A stretch of 64,000 nt of DNA, taken from Tetramitus jugosus (lineage: Eukaryota; Protista; Heterolobosea). Each line of letters starts with the position of its first letter. Position 1 is the stretch's first letter. Shown here piece after piece: positions 22,671 to 34,167 of the stretch. The position numbers and the translations under genes are program-made. The stretch lies in assembly GCA_937625935.1 (NCBI GenBank), contig OW569395.1, positions 124,001-188,000 of the forward strand. Direction: 5' to 3'. The notes under the pieces were generated by a model. That model was not told the DNA's origin and made no database searches. It worked only from the letters and a program-made list of their open reading frames with translations.

Positions 22671-25358
22671 ATGAGCTATAGAGGAGGTGATCGTGGTGGT
22701 GATCGTGACTACGATAGAGGTGGTGATAGAGGTGACAGAGGTGGTGGTGGTGGCTACAGAGACGATAGAAGAGGAAGTGGTGAATCTTCTTATCGTGGTG
22801 GTGGTGGTGGTGGTGATAGAGGCGGATATGGTGGTGGTGATCGACGTGGCAGTGGTGGTGGCTACGGTGATCGTGGAGGTGGTCGTGGAGGTGGCTATGG
22901 TAGAGGTGGAGGCCGTGGTGGTTATGGTGGTGGCTATGGTAGTGGTAGCAGAGGTGTCAAAAATGAAGAATTGGACAAGGTTGTGATCGAATACGTACCA
23001 GTCAACACGATTCCACAACCAGAAAAAGTGTACGAGTACAGTTTGATTGCGAGAGGTGCACCTGGAAATTTGGGTGAGCCTGTTCAATTACTTGCCAACT
23101 ACTTTCCACTCAAATTACCATCCAGCACATTCTATCAGTACGCTGTTCTGATTGAACCCATGTGTGACAACCCGAGACTGTGCAATTATTTGATTGCTCA
23201 GCACGAAGAATTGTTCAAGGACAATAATTATGTCTATGATGGTATGGGTGTGCTGTACACGCAACAACCATTGATGAGTGATGCGAATCAAAAGGAAATG
23301 GAACTCGTTTCAGGCACGAGCAACTCTGACACGAAATTCCAAGTCAAGATTCAGTTTGCATGCACATTGTCATCTGCCGATGTCAGTCAATCCGTCATCC
23401 AACTGTTCAACACCATGTACAGGAGAGCGTTGAGACTTTTGAAGCTGCAACAAATTGGTAGAAATCACTATAGTTTGGACCCAAAGTTCTGTGCAGTGTT
23501 GCCAGAGCACAATGTCAAGATTTTGCCTGGATTGTTGTCCACGATTTATGCCAGCAGCAGAGGTCTCTTGTTCAATGCTGATATCATCTATAAGACCTTG
23601 AGAACGGACACTGTGTTGGACTTGATCAACAATGTTGCCAATCAAACACGTGACTACAAGGAAGTTGTCAGAAGCACAGTCAGAAACACTATTGTTCTCT
23701 GTACGTACAACAATCGTACAGTGCACATCAAGGACATTGATTGGGAGAAGAACCCAACGGATGAGTTTGAGAAGAGAGGCGGTGAAAAGATTACCTATGC
23801 ACAGTACTTTGCTGATCAGTATGGAAAGAAGATTACGGATTTGAAGCAGCCACTGTTGGTTCACAAGCCAAAGAATAAGCCTGGATTCGAGTACTACATT
23901 CCAGAGTTGTGTCACTTGACTGGTTTGACCAATGATATGAAGAGTGATTTCAATGTGATGAAAGCTTTGAAAGAGAGCACTGGTCTCAGTCCGACTGAAA
24001 GAGCCAAGCACATTCTCGGTTTTGTCAAGGATAGCACTCAAAATGCTGATTTCAGCAAGGTTCTCAATGATTGGCAATTCCAATTAGATCCTCGATTGAT
24101 TCAGTTGCCTGCCAGAGTCTTGAGATCTGAATCTGTCATGTTTGGAGCTGGAAACCCTGTTCCTGTCAAGATGCCTTCCGCTTCCTGGGACATTAGAACA
24201 ACTCCATTGTTCAAGGGTGTAACTATTGATAACTGGGCTGTTGTCGCACCACCACGCTCTCAAGATGTCGTTGAAAGTTTCCTCGATGTCTTCTTCTCTG
24301 TTTCTGAGCCATTGAACATCAGGATGAAACAACCAAATATTTTCTATGCAAAGGACAACTTCCACGATTATATAGATATTTTGACACGAGAGATTGATAC
24401 TACTCGTGTTCAATTTGTTATGGTGATCCTTCCAAATGACAAGAAGGAGTTGTACGATACTGTGAAGCAGATTTTGTGCCTCGAAAATCCAGTTGTGTCT
24501 CAGTGTGTGGTCATGCGTACCGTTGACCGCAGAGCAAAGGGTATTCAAAGTAAGGCCACAAAGATTGCTGTCCAGCTCGCTGCAAAGATGGGTGCTGCTC
24601 CATGGACCCTGAAATTCTCTTTCCCAGGACCTACCATGTTCGTGGGTATCGATGTCTACCACAGTGGTGAAATCGTGAGCAGAAAGAAGCAATCTGTTGT
24701 CGGTTTCTCTGCTTCCATGAATGCTAGTTTGTCCAGCTATTATAGCAGAGTTATTGTTCAAGATCCTGGCAAGGAAATTTGTGATGCTTTGCAGCCATGT
24801 ATGGTTGCTGCCCTTGAGAAATTCAAGGAATTGAACAACATCTATCCAAAGTTTATCATCTTCTTCAGAGATGGTGTTGGTGAGGGGCAACTTGCCTCAG
24901 TGTTGGAGAATGAAGTCAAGTCCTGCTTGGATTCCATGGAATCGTTGAGGTTGGCTGACACAAAACTTACCTATGTTGTTGTCTTGAAGAAGATCCACAC
25001 AAGACTATTTATGCAAGACAAACAAAGCAGTGCTTTGAGTAACCCAAGACCAGGTACCGTTGTTGACACTGACATCACCAGTCGTGGTGCTCTTGAGTAC
25101 TTCCTTGTGTCACAATCCGTGAACCAAGGAACAGCTACTCCAACCAGATACCAATGTATCTACAATGATTGTAACCTTGCTGCCAACTACTTGCAAACCT
25201 TGACATATCAACTGTGCCACATGTACTACAACTGGTTTGGAACCATTCGTGTACCTGCGCCATGTCTATATGCACACAAGATGGCTTTCCTTGTTGGACA
25301 ATCAACTCACAGAGAAGACGAGCAAAGGAGACTCAACAACAAGTTGTTCTTCCTCTAA
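22671..25358 (+). CDS. PIWI-clade Argonaute with RGG-rich N-terminus
   Basis: N/PAZ/MID/PIWI layout; GIDVYH, GKEI, FRDGVGEGQ, QGTATPTRY, LCHMYYNWFGTIRVPAPCLYAHKMAFLVG (Piwi-type); DEDH tetrad intact; ATG at 22671. Confidence 0.95.
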   Translation: MSYRGGDRGGDRDYDRGGDRGDRGGGGGYRDDRRGSGESSYRGGGGGGDRGGYGGGDRRGSGGGYGDRGGGRGGGYGRGGGRGGYGGGYGSGSRGVKNEELDKVVIEYVPVNTIPQPEKVYEYSLIARGAPGNLGEPVQLLANYFPLKLPSSTFYQYAVLIEPMCDNPRLCNYLIAQHEELFKDNNYVYDGMGVLYTQQPLMSDANQKEMELVSGTSNSDTKFQVKIQFACTLSSADVSQSVIQLFNTMYRRALRLLKLQQIGRNHYSLDPKFCAVLPEHNVKILPGLLSTIYASSRGLLFNADIIYKTLRTDTVLDLINNVANQTRDYKEVVRSTVRNTIVLCTYNNRTVHIKDIDWEKNPTDEFEKRGGEKITYAQYFADQYGKKITDLKQPLLVHKPKNKPGFEYYIPELCHLTGLTNDMKSDFNVMKALKESTGLSPTERAKHILGFVKDSTQNADFSKVLNDWQFQLDPRLIQLPARVLRSESVMFGAGNPVPVKMPSASWDIRTTPLFKGVTIDNWAVVAPPRSQDVVESFLDVFFSVSEPLNIRMKQPNIFYAKDNFHDYIDILTREIDTTRVQFVMVILPNDKKELYDTVKQILCLENPVVSQCVVMRTVDRRAKGIQSKATKIAVQLAAKMGAAPWTLKFSFPGPTMFVGIDVYHSGEIVSRKKQSVVGFSASMNASLSSYYSRVIVQDPGKEICDALQPCMVAALEKFKELNNIYPKFIIFFRDGVGEGQLASVLENEVKSCLDSMESLRLADTKLTYVVVLKKIHTRLFMQDKQSSALSNPRPGTVVDTDITSRGALEYFLVSQSVNQGTATPTRYQCIYNDCNLAANYLQTLTYQLCHMYYNWFGTIRVPAPCLYAHKMAFLVGQSTHREDEQRRLNNKLFFL

Positions 25359-25535
25359 AACAATCATATCTGCAATACTCACCGTGTCCTTTTCTCTCCA
25401 CTTTTTTGTAAGCACCAAAACCCAAATTCCCGACACTGCAAAAACACCGAACGACCGGAGATCGAAATTTGCACTGGGAACCACCAAAAAATTGCACACA
25501 AACAAAACAACAACAACAAAACTCAAATTTACAAC

Positions 25536-27728
25536 ATGATTGTCAACTTTTCCGAGAGTGCCCCACCACTGGCAGCATTGATCGTCTCTGCCATCACAGG
25601 ACAAAAGCTAAACTTTGCTTACAACAAGCAACAACAAGCTCCAGTTGATCACGCTGCCACTCTGATCATTGATGCCAAGAGAAATTTGAGCATTCGTGGT
25701 AACTTTACGATTGCCTTCTACATTGCCACTCAACTTGACAAGAAGCACCAATTGGCAGGTGCTGATTCTGAACAAATGGCTCAAATTCAAGAATGGATTG
25801 AATTTGCTTCTGTTGATGTTCAATCCTGTGGTGCAAGTGACATGAACCAAATGGATGTCATTGCTCAAAGACTCAACTGGTTCCTCCAATCCAGAACTTA
25901 CCTCGTCGGTTATCGCTTGACTCTGGCTGATTTGTCCGTTTATGAAGCGCTCAAAAATAAGCGCTCTTTTGTTGCTTATCGCGCGCGCTACGGAAAGGAA
26001 CTTTTCCATTTGAACCGTTGGTTCCAATTCTTGGAGACCAATGCGATCATTCAAGAGAATGTCTCTGTGATGCAACAAGCCATCAAGAAGAAGGTCTCTA
26101 CTGATGATATTCACAAGATGAATGCTGCTGTAGCAAAGAGCTCTAGCTCTTCTGGTTCTGGTGCCTCTGGTGATTCCATCTCTGGTGATGTCAATTTGCC
26201 AAATGCTGAAGTAGGAAAGGTTTGCACACGTTTCCCTCCTGAGGCCTCTGGTTTCTTGCACATTGGTCACGCCAAGGCTGCCCTGCTCAACAATTACTTT
26301 GCAAGAAAGTATCACGGTAAGCTCATTTTGCGTTTCGATGATACCAATCCAGCAAAGGAGAAGGCAGAGTATGAGCATGCCATTATCGATGATCTTAAGC
26401 TCTTGGGTATTAAGCCAGATGTTGAGACATTTACCTCTGATAGCTTTGACATTTGTTTAAAGTTCTGTGAGCAAATGTTGAGAGAGGGAACTGCCTATGT
26501 CGATGACACTGAGAAGGAACTCTTCACTGAGGAGAAGAGAAACAAGATTGAGTCCAAGAACAGAAACAATTCTGTCGAAAAGAACTTGCAAATGTGGGAG
26601 GAGATGAAGAATGGTACTGACTATGGACGTACTTGTGCTGTTCGTGCAAAGTTTGACATGCAAGCAGACAATGCCACTCTGAGAGATCCTGTCTTGATGA
26701 GATGCAAGGTCGAGAGTCATCCTCGTACAGGAGACAAGTATAAGGTCTATCCAACCTATGATTTTGCTTGTCCTATTGTTGACAGCATTGAAGGTGTCAC
26801 TCATGCATTGAGAACATCCGAGTACAATGATCGTAACGATCAGTACTACATGATTTGTGATGCATTGAGACTGAGAAAGCCATTCATCTATGACTACAGC
26901 AGACTCAACTTTAACTACACTGTCATGTCCAAGAGAAAGTTGACCAAGTTGGTTGAAATGGGTGCTGTCGATGGATGGGATGATGCTCGTTTCCCAACTG
27001 TCCGTGGTCTTGTGAGACGTGGTTTAACTGTTGACGCATTGCGTAACTTTGTCTTGGAACAAGGTGCCTCCAGATCTATTGCCACAATGGAGTGGGACAA
27101 GTTGTGGACATTGAACAAGAAGGTCATTGACCCTGTTGTACCTCGTTTCACTGCTCTGCCAAAGGACAGATTGGTCAAGTTCCACATTACTGACGGCCCT
27201 GCTCAATTGGAGACCAAGAAGAATTTGAAGCACAAGAAGAACACTTCATTGGGCGAGAAGGACACTTACTACTACAACACTGTCTACCTTGATTCTCAAG
27301 ATGCCAACGCCATTGTCGACAATGAAGAAATTACTCTGATGGATTGGGGTAACGCATTCGTGAGACAAATCACCAAGGATGCCAACGGAAACGTTGTTGA
27401 ATTGAGCGGTGTATTGAACCCAACCGGTTCAGTCAAGACCACCAAGAAGAGATTGACATGGATCCCAGCCAATGATGAAGTCTTGATCCCAGTGAAGGTC
27501 TTCACCTTTGACCACATTATTACCAAGGCCAAGGTTGAACCAACTGACGACTTTGAAAAGATTATCAACCAGAACTCTAAGCACGAAGAACTTTCTGTTG
27601 GTGACTTTAACTTGAAGCAATTGAAGCAAGGTGACATTATCCAATTGGAGAGACGTGGTTACTACAGAGTCGATAAGGCTTATGAGAACAATGAGAACAC
27701 TATTGTCTTGTTCAACATCCCTGCCTAA
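25536..27728 (+). CDS. Cytosolic glutamyl-tRNA synthetase
   Basis: GST-like N-terminal domain; RFPPEASGFLHIGHAK (HIGH), RFDDTNP, VMSKRKL, QLERRGYY. Confidence 0.95.
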   Translation: MIVNFSESAPPLAALIVSAITGQKLNFAYNKQQQAPVDHAATLIIDAKRNLSIRGNFTIAFYIATQLDKKHQLAGADSEQMAQIQEWIEFASVDVQSCGASDMNQMDVIAQRLNWFLQSRTYLVGYRLTLADLSVYEALKNKRSFVAYRARYGKELFHLNRWFQFLETNAIIQENVSVMQQAIKKKVSTDDIHKMNAAVAKSSSSSGSGASGDSISGDVNLPNAEVGKVCTRFPPEASGFLHIGHAKAALLNNYFARKYHGKLILRFDDTNPAKEKAEYEHAIIDDLKLLGIKPDVETFTSDSFDICLKFCEQMLREGTAYVDDTEKELFTEEKRNKIESKNRNNSVEKNLQMWEEMKNGTDYGRTCAVRAKFDMQADNATLRDPVLMRCKVESHPRTGDKYKVYPTYDFACPIVDSIEGVTHALRTSEYNDRNDQYYMICDALRLRKPFIYDYSRLNFNYTVMSKRKLTKLVEMGAVDGWDDARFPTVRGLVRRGLTVDALRNFVLEQGASRSIATMEWDKLWTLNKKVIDPVVPRFTALPKDRLVKFHITDGPAQLETKKNLKHKKNTSLGEKDTYYYNTVYLDSQDANAIVDNEEITLMDWGNAFVRQITKDANGNVVELSGVLNPTGSVKTTKKRLTWIPANDEVLIPVKVFTFDHIITKAKVEPTDDFEKIINQNSKHEELSVGDFNLKQLKQGDIIQLERRGYYRVDKAYENNENTIVLFNIPA

Positions 27729-28036
27729 ATAAACTCTTTGCCAACTCGAGATTCAAACAATGCACAACAGACGATTGGTAATGCTTTTCGTTTCTAAACA
27801 CTTCAAAATCTGATTTTCTGTTTGTCCAATGTATTTTAATACAACCATTGCAGTTGCTCTTTTTATTGTCTTTCTTTTGCATTAGCCAGCGCAGAGCGTT
27901 GGCCCTGGTTATCTATGAGGCCTCATTCGTAAAGCGTCATTGCTTCTGTTCCTCACAGAGTGATCCGCCATCTGAGACGAACAGCTGTCATCTGAGCACA
28001 ACCACCCCGAGTCATCCGCAAAAACCCCACAAAAAT

Positions 28037-28109
28037 TGGTCGTTGCAGGGATCGAACCTGCGACCAATGGCTTATTAGACCAACGCTCTACCGACTGAGC
28101 TAAACGACC
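28037..28109 (-). tRNA. tRNA-Ile (anticodon AAU)
   Basis: Minus strand GGTCGTT TA GCTC AGTCGGTA GAGC G TTGGT CT AAT AA GCCAT TGGTC GCAGG TTCGATC CCTGC AACGACC A; a T5 Pol III terminator follows. Confidence 0.95.
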
Positions 28110-28248
28110 TTCTTGTCTTCATGCTTTCTACAGCAGAAGCCACAGTCTATTTTTAGAAAAACTATGGCGACTAAATTTGGGAGAAGGGCACTGTCCAGCT
28201 GATCCATTTGAATGTTTTCATCAACTTTCATTTTCTCAATTTACTGGT

Positions 28249-30267
28249 TCATCGATATCTGGTTTTGAGTGATGTGATTGCCATATATTGTTGATAACTC
28301 AGGAATTTATCCATATCATTCTTGTGTTTGGACACGAGTGTGTCCCAGTTTTTAGCACATACAATCATGCAAGCTCGTTCAAGTGTCTCCAACATAGGGC
28401 GAAGGAATTTAGATTCATCTTCGGTTTCGTTCGTTGTAGATAAGGGCGGTGATATGTGATTGAGCACATCACGATACACCAGTAAGACATTATTCACATC
28501 TAAGTGATGAATTATCACCTCTTGTACCTTTGATACGAACGATGAATCGAGATCCATTGAGAGGTTCACTGCGATAAGAAGCAATCCTATGGCATTGTCG
28601 GGACCAATCTCGATTGAACCAGTGTACAGATAACGAATAAACTGAGTTACGATTAAGATGTTATCCCCTTCATCCCCTAATGGCATAAAGGTCACCTCCT
28701 TCCAATCTTTCTCTGCAAAATGAGAGAACATGTTCGAGAAATACTCACATCGACATGCAAGTATAATCTTGTGACAATGTAGTACAGTGGAGTTCGAGGA
28801 GTCAATAATCAATTTCACGTCACTCGTGCTCGGATCATCGAATAGGAGTCCGAATGTTTGATTCGTCTCATATCGAGGGGTTGCCAAACAGAGTTGCCGG
28901 TATTGACTCGCTTTCTTCAAATCTCGAATTAACTGTTCTCTATCTTCGTATTGAATCGATTCTAATTCTCGGGTGAGAAGTAGAGTGTGACGATTTCCAC
29001 AACAGATATCAATGATATTCTTGAAGCAATAGTCGGTAGGATCTACAATGGTAGCCTTAGATGGTGTAACCTTCTGACCGAAACTTAATTGACCAAAATG
29101 ATTCGATCCTGCCACCACTAATTGATTACTTTCCGTTAGGAATACGAAATGGAATGATCCTGATGAGATCTTGCTCACCTTGGTTATTTGTGGGGGCATA
29201 GGTAATACTTTAAACCTGGATGGCTCGAGCTCAGGCTGTTCAAATCCAAATCTTTTTTGTTCATTACAACCACATACCAAAAAGCAATCGTCCTCCAATC
29301 TTAACATGGTATTTACACTTGTACAATGCACTGAAACAATTCTCTTCCTTCTCTTTGCTTCATCATTGTTTACAAAAAATTCTTCTCGTATTCGGGTGGG
29401 CGCTGGAACACAGACGTTTGGTCCAAATGTCATTTGTATTCCCAACTCCCCAAATAAGTTCCTCCCAAAACAGTACACATTCTGATCACTCATTAACAAA
29501 CAGACATGAAACGCACCACATGCAATATCATCAATCTCTTTTCCTCTCAATTCATTTGATGTTATCTTTGTAAATTGACTTACTTTCTCCAAGGTTCCTT
29601 CTACCTGATCTCCTAATCCCAATTGCTTCGTTCTGTTGTCTCCGCAGCACCATAAATCATCTCCTTCTTCACTGCTTGTAACAACATATGTACTTAGTCC
29701 ACAAGCAAGTCTCTTGATCACCCTTGTTGTCTCTAGCGAATTGGGAACATCATTCAATGGACACGGAAAAGGAATTCGAACTAAGCCTTTCACAGAATTC
29801 GTGTGACTCAATCCTAGCTCTCCATTCTCATTGTCGCCGTACCCCCATAGATCACCTTCGCTGTCTAGTATGATGAGATGATAGAACCCACAACTCAATT
29901 GCTTCACAGTCCTTTCAGTTTTACTAGTCATATCTCTAGTTTGATTCTGCCGAATATCTTGAACAATAGCATCACTGAAAACTGGTCTGTGTGTCCCTTC
30001 AATCGAATTCGTGGCGCCAAAGTAACCCAAAGCATAAATCACTCGAGAATTATAGACAAAAACAGAATTTTCACCCAAGGTTCGCACCAACTGAAGCTTG
30101 CTTGGATCTGAAACACACGAAGGCAGATTAGCCTTTGTGAAGTGATCAACCTGCACTGAACGATCAGACAAACACAGTTGACCACAACGATTGGAACCTG
30201 AACAGAACAATTGTATCATAGGGTCATTGGAAGGAGGAGTTTGTGGATGGATCATGTCATCGTTCAT
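28249..30267 (-). CDS. RCC1-repeat + BTB/POZ domain protein
   Basis: GDNENGELGL, GRNLFGELG, GSNHFGQL repeats; BTB SDVKL..HCHKIILACRCEYFSNMF..FIRYLYTG. Confidence 0.9.
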   Translation of the reverse strand: MNDDMIHPQTPPSNDPMIQLFCSGSNRCGQLCLSDRSVQVDHFTKANLPSCVSDPSKLQLVRTLGENSVFVYNSRVIYALGYFGATNSIEGTHRPVFSDAIVQDIRQNQTRDMTSKTERTVKQLSCGFYHLIILDSEGDLWGYGDNENGELGLSHTNSVKGLVRIPFPCPLNDVPNSLETTRVIKRLACGLSTYVVTSSEEGDDLWCCGDNRTKQLGLGDQVEGTLEKVSQFTKITSNELRGKEIDDIACGAFHVCLLMSDQNVYCFGRNLFGELGIQMTFGPNVCVPAPTRIREEFFVNNDEAKRRKRIVSVHCTSVNTMLRLEDDCFLVCGCNEQKRFGFEQPELEPSRFKVLPMPPQITKVSKISSGSFHFVFLTESNQLVVAGSNHFGQLSFGQKVTPSKATIVDPTDYCFKNIIDICCGNRHTLLLTRELESIQYEDREQLIRDLKKASQYRQLCLATPRYETNQTFGLLFDDPSTSDVKLIIDSSNSTVLHCHKIILACRCEYFSNMFSHFAEKDWKEVTFMPLGDEGDNILIVTQFIRYLYTGSIEIGPDNAIGLLLIAVNLSMDLDSSFVSKVQEVIIHHLDVNNVLLVYRDVLNHISPPLSTTNETEDESKFLRPMLETLERACMIVCAKNWDTLVSKHKNDMDKFLSYQQYMAITSLKTRYR

Positions 30268-30581
30268 GATCAAAGTAAATCTCTTCTCTTGTTGGTTTTC
30301 TTTGTGTCTGGGTGCAGGCAAAGATTATTCCGATCACAGTTTGTGGATGATCAGTTACTGGCATTAAGTCTCAATACAACAAAGCAATGTTTAAACATTA
30401 ACCGATTGTGGACAGGATGGTCCACGCACATGATTTATTGTATCTGACCAGAGATGCATATTATATAAGTTACAAGTGATGAGGAGGAAAAAGAGTGTAC
30501 TCGTCGTTGAGAAATTTACTGTCCACACACAAACCAATCCTAGCGATCTGTGCACGGAGAGCAACTTTTTTTCTCTGAGAA

Positions 30582-32316
30582 CTAATGCTCTCTTTTCAAT
30601 TCCTCAAGCACATCACGCACGTCTGCCGATGTTCCCGTCACATTTCTCTCCTGTAACCTGTCGTACAGGTCAAAGAATTGAGTGTGAACCTTGGTCAAAT
30701 GCTCCGTCACGTACAAAAATTCTTCGTCTTCGTCCTCAACAATGATATCATCTTCGAATTCATCGCCTCCGGTCGTAAGACATTCTTCATTGTCATCGTC
30801 ATCTTCATCACCTTCAGCATCATCAACATCATGATGATTGTTGCTATTGTGTTGATGACGATGTTCAATGTCCATCTCATCTGCCTCACTTTCCACACCA
30901 CTCTCATCTGCTTCTTGTTCCTTGGCCAAGAAACCTTCAAACGTGTATGGATCAATCTTGACAATATTTTCTCTGTCTCCATCAATCCACACATCACTTC
31001 GATCATCCAGAATCACAGAAACAGATCGCTTGCACAACACTTTGACCAATCGTTTCATTTCTCGTTCTCTGGATGATCTTCTCGTGAACAGTGCTTGAAT
31101 GTAATTGGTGCGAAACAGTGTGGCCAAGTGCTGATGAATCACACTGGCATACCTCTCTGTTCCATTGGTGTAAATGTACATGTCATAACACTTGGACATC
31201 TCAGCTAGGAACTGGTAGAGGTAGGGACGAACAAAAATGACAAATCTTCGTGTTCCCAACACAAAGGTGAAACAATCTTGTTCCAACTGCTCAACACAGA
31301 CAATTTGTGAAAGCTTTTCACGCTTCTTTTGTTGTTGAAAGTGTTCCCAATTGAGAAATTGAGAATCACTGGCACTACTACTACGACTGTTCTTATCATC
31401 ATTACCACCACCACTCTGATGAGGAGAAGAGGAAGAACGAGAAGGAGTGTAAGCTTTTGTGTTTGTAGCACCACCAGCATTCCCATTACTGACACCACTG
31501 CTCCTATTATGATAATTGGAAGGTGTGTAGTAATAGTATTGTGGTTCGGTGCCTCTCAACACGTGCTGCGAACGCAATTGTTGTTGATACTCTGAAAATT
31601 TTTTCTCTTGTTCCGTGGAGCGGATGGCGACAGAGTGAATCAATGTCTCATCCAAATCCAGGACAAGCCTGAGCTTTCGACATCGCAGAATACTCTGAAC
31701 ATCAGACTCATAGATGCTCTTGAGAAAGCCCATGTGATTGACAACAAGACCAGAGAGCTCAGAGGCATCACCTCCACTGTTGATGGCGCTTCCACACATC
31801 ATCCAGTCTAAGCTTACACTGATTCTTGAGTTGCTACCATCCTCAGCACCACCGCCATTGCTACTTGATTGACGAACAGGTGAATTTTTCACATTTTCAC
31901 CACATTGACAACAGAGACTCTTGTAGGTAATCTCACTGTAGTCGCACACAAAAAAGAGCAGAGGCGCGCAAAAAAAAGAATAGCGCAGCGGTTAGCCAAA
32001 AACTCTCACTCAAAAAAATCAAAAAAGCCAAAAAACAGACGAATACACACTGTATACACTGTTTGGTAGGTGTCTTTCTCTTTAGTTCCGAAGTGACTAC
32101 CGTACCACTCACTACACAGCTGCCATCACCTGTTGAGACAGCTGTTGTGAGACTTGTTTTTCTTCTTTTATTTGATGAAGCTTCATCCATCATTGCCACT
32201 GATTTTTCCTCATAGCTAACGTGAAGTTTTGCTATGGAGGAACAATGAGAAGCAGCAGAAGATTCAAGCAACGTTGTTATCGTTGTGTTATTGTTGTTCT
32301 GTAGTTGTTCAATCAT
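30582..32316 (-). CDS. FCP1/CPL-like RNA Pol II CTD phosphatase (intron 31936-32050)
   Basis: LVLDLDETLIHS, VRPYLYQFL, IYTNGTERYA, VILDDRSDVW. Splicing 32050-31936 (GT..AG) keeps frame and yields CIHEITYKSLCCQCG, the FCP1 N-terminal zinc-like motif. Confidence 0.85.
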
Positions 32317-32911
32317 ATATGAAATTGGAAAAAAGTGTCTTTTCTTATTTGATTCAAATAAAATAAATCAATAAAAAAAAGCTATTGTTCTCTCTCTAGA
32401 GATGTAGGCTAGAGATAGAGTCTGTTGATGGGCCTTGTCTTGTTGTTGTTGGTTGTAATGGGTAACGAACAAGATGACAAACAAGAGCTGTGTTTATTGT
32501 TGTTGTTGTTGTTGGTAGGTTGAGTGTTAGGTAGTGAAGAATAGAGCTGTTTAGTTGTTGTCAACAGGTTGTTGTTGTATTGAATGTTTGGTGGTTGGGT
32601 TTGTTTGTAATCTGGCAGTAACAAGGTGGTATAAAGTGATATGGGAGGGCACACACAATATATACACAATGAACTACTACAGAGATGTGTCTGTCTTGGT
32701 TTTTTGTTCGCGAACAGCACAAAAAATCAAGTTTCCTGGCGCCAACCGTCCATTGCCAAGATTCAAAAATAGGTGATAGTTCAACCAAGAGAATGAAACG
32801 TGAGATTCCGAAAATAATGAAAAAATCTGTGCCACAATGTCTTTGCACAGGGATGCCAATTTTATTGCGCATAAATTTCTTTGGTGAAATCGCTGCCAAC
32901 CTCTGGCGAGC

Positions 32912-33060
32912 ATACTTACCTTGAAGGACCGTCAGGTGATCATACAGACCTGGGGTTGCTAACTGAATATGCCATTGCACGCTAGGCAGAACGGTTTGCA
33001 CCAGCACGAAAGTGGATGGACTTCAAAATTTCTGGCAGCGCTAGGTTCAATGCCTGGCTC
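32912..33060 (+). ncRNA. U1: U1 spliceosomal snRNA
   Basis: 5' ATACTTACC; closing helix TTGAAG(32921-26)/CTTCAA(33021-26); SL1 loop GATCATACAG (U1-70K-like); SL2 loop ATTGCAC (U1A site); Sm site AATTTCTGG; 3' hairpin; about 150 nt. Confidence 0.93.
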
Positions 33061-33521
33061 AAAGTAAAAGCAAAAGAGAAGCAGTTTAGAATGCAAACAT
33101 TGGTTTCAGTAAGGTTCGAACTTCATTCTCTGTCCTTTTTCCAGTTGGTTCTGAACAAAATCTGGTCGTGATTGGAAGTTGATGTAGCCATTGGTTTTAG
33201 AAAACTCGCGGGTGAGTAAAGCAGCAACAACAAGTGTGTTCCTTTTGTTCTGAAACATTGATGACACCAAAAATACTCACTTGTTCCCAGCTACTTGTCT
33301 GCTGAATGGTCAAAAGAAAAGTTGGTGGACAACTGTAGGAACATACTTCGTTCAAGCAACTCCTTGCTATGGATAGAGAATAACAAATAACTAATTTTTA
33401 TGAAAAAAATAGTTAACAAGTGCAGTTCACCAACCACACAACATGCAAATGCTCAAATGTGTTGATAGCGTGTAGAATTAGGATGATTGCAGAAATATGT
33501 TTACAAGAATGTTGTTGTAAA

Positions 33522-34034
33522 TCACTGATTATGTTTCCTCTTCAACTCAATGTACTCAAGCAATACTTTGGAAATAAAATTACGGTCATCTCTCAGAATT
33601 GAGTTCTTTGTGCTCGACATAAGTTTTGTGATCATCAGCCTCACTTTAATATCCTCCTCATCCTCATCCTCGCCCTCATCCTCTTTAATTGTGCTATTGT
33701 CTTGTTCCTCTTCATGTGAGATTTGCTGATAAAGTAGTGCTAAACTTTGTGATTCTACCTCCTCCATCTTCTTTCTTATGCTTCTCAACTTGTTCATCAA
33801 ATCATAATACGTATCTTGAGCCAAAGGATTCTTGTGATCCTTCAAAAAGTTTTCCAGTTTCTTCACATCATTAACGTCCACGTCCATCTTCTTCACTTCT
33901 TCATTCTTTGCATGTTCTTTGAATTCACTCATTACCTTTAGGATATTCTGAATGTTAAAGAGTTGTGTTTGTACTGTTTCATCGGTTATTTCACGTAAGT
34001 TGATGGAAGATGATAGCCCCAACAGGTTGTCCAT
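33522..34034 (-). CDS. Hypothetical acidic coiled-coil protein (170 aa)
   Basis: ATG-started ORF with coding-like composition; no recognised motif. Confidence 0.6.
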   Translation of the reverse strand: MDNLLGLSSSINLREITDETVQTQLFNIQNILKVMSEFKEHAKNEEVKKMDVDVNDVKKLENFLKDHKNPLAQDTYYDLMNKLRSIRKKMEEVESQSLALLYQQISHEEEQDNSTIKEDEGEDEDEEDIKVRLMITKLMSSTKNSILRDDRNFISKVLLEYIELKRKHNQ

Positions 34035-34167
34035 TTTTTACACAATGCTATGAAAAATTCCATACTCATACACCTCACATTTTCGAACCCATCGGATAAG
34101 ACACTGAAAGTCATTTTTTAAAAGCGCGGACAAAAACGCAGAAATAGCTCTATATTGAGTTGTTAGT

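Noticed and set aside
23370-26804. Long antisense ORFs over PIWI and GluRS
   Set aside because: Shadow ORFs produced by codon bias of the real sense genes.
32561-33007. 148-aa minus-strand ORF and overlapping short ORFs
   Set aside because: Overlaps the U1 gene and its promoter; no protein motif.
33255-33308. Possible C/D snoRNA (TGATGA..CTGA) or SRP Alu-like CCCAGCTACT
   Set aside because: Too short, no clear rRNA guide, and no SRP helix-8 motif.
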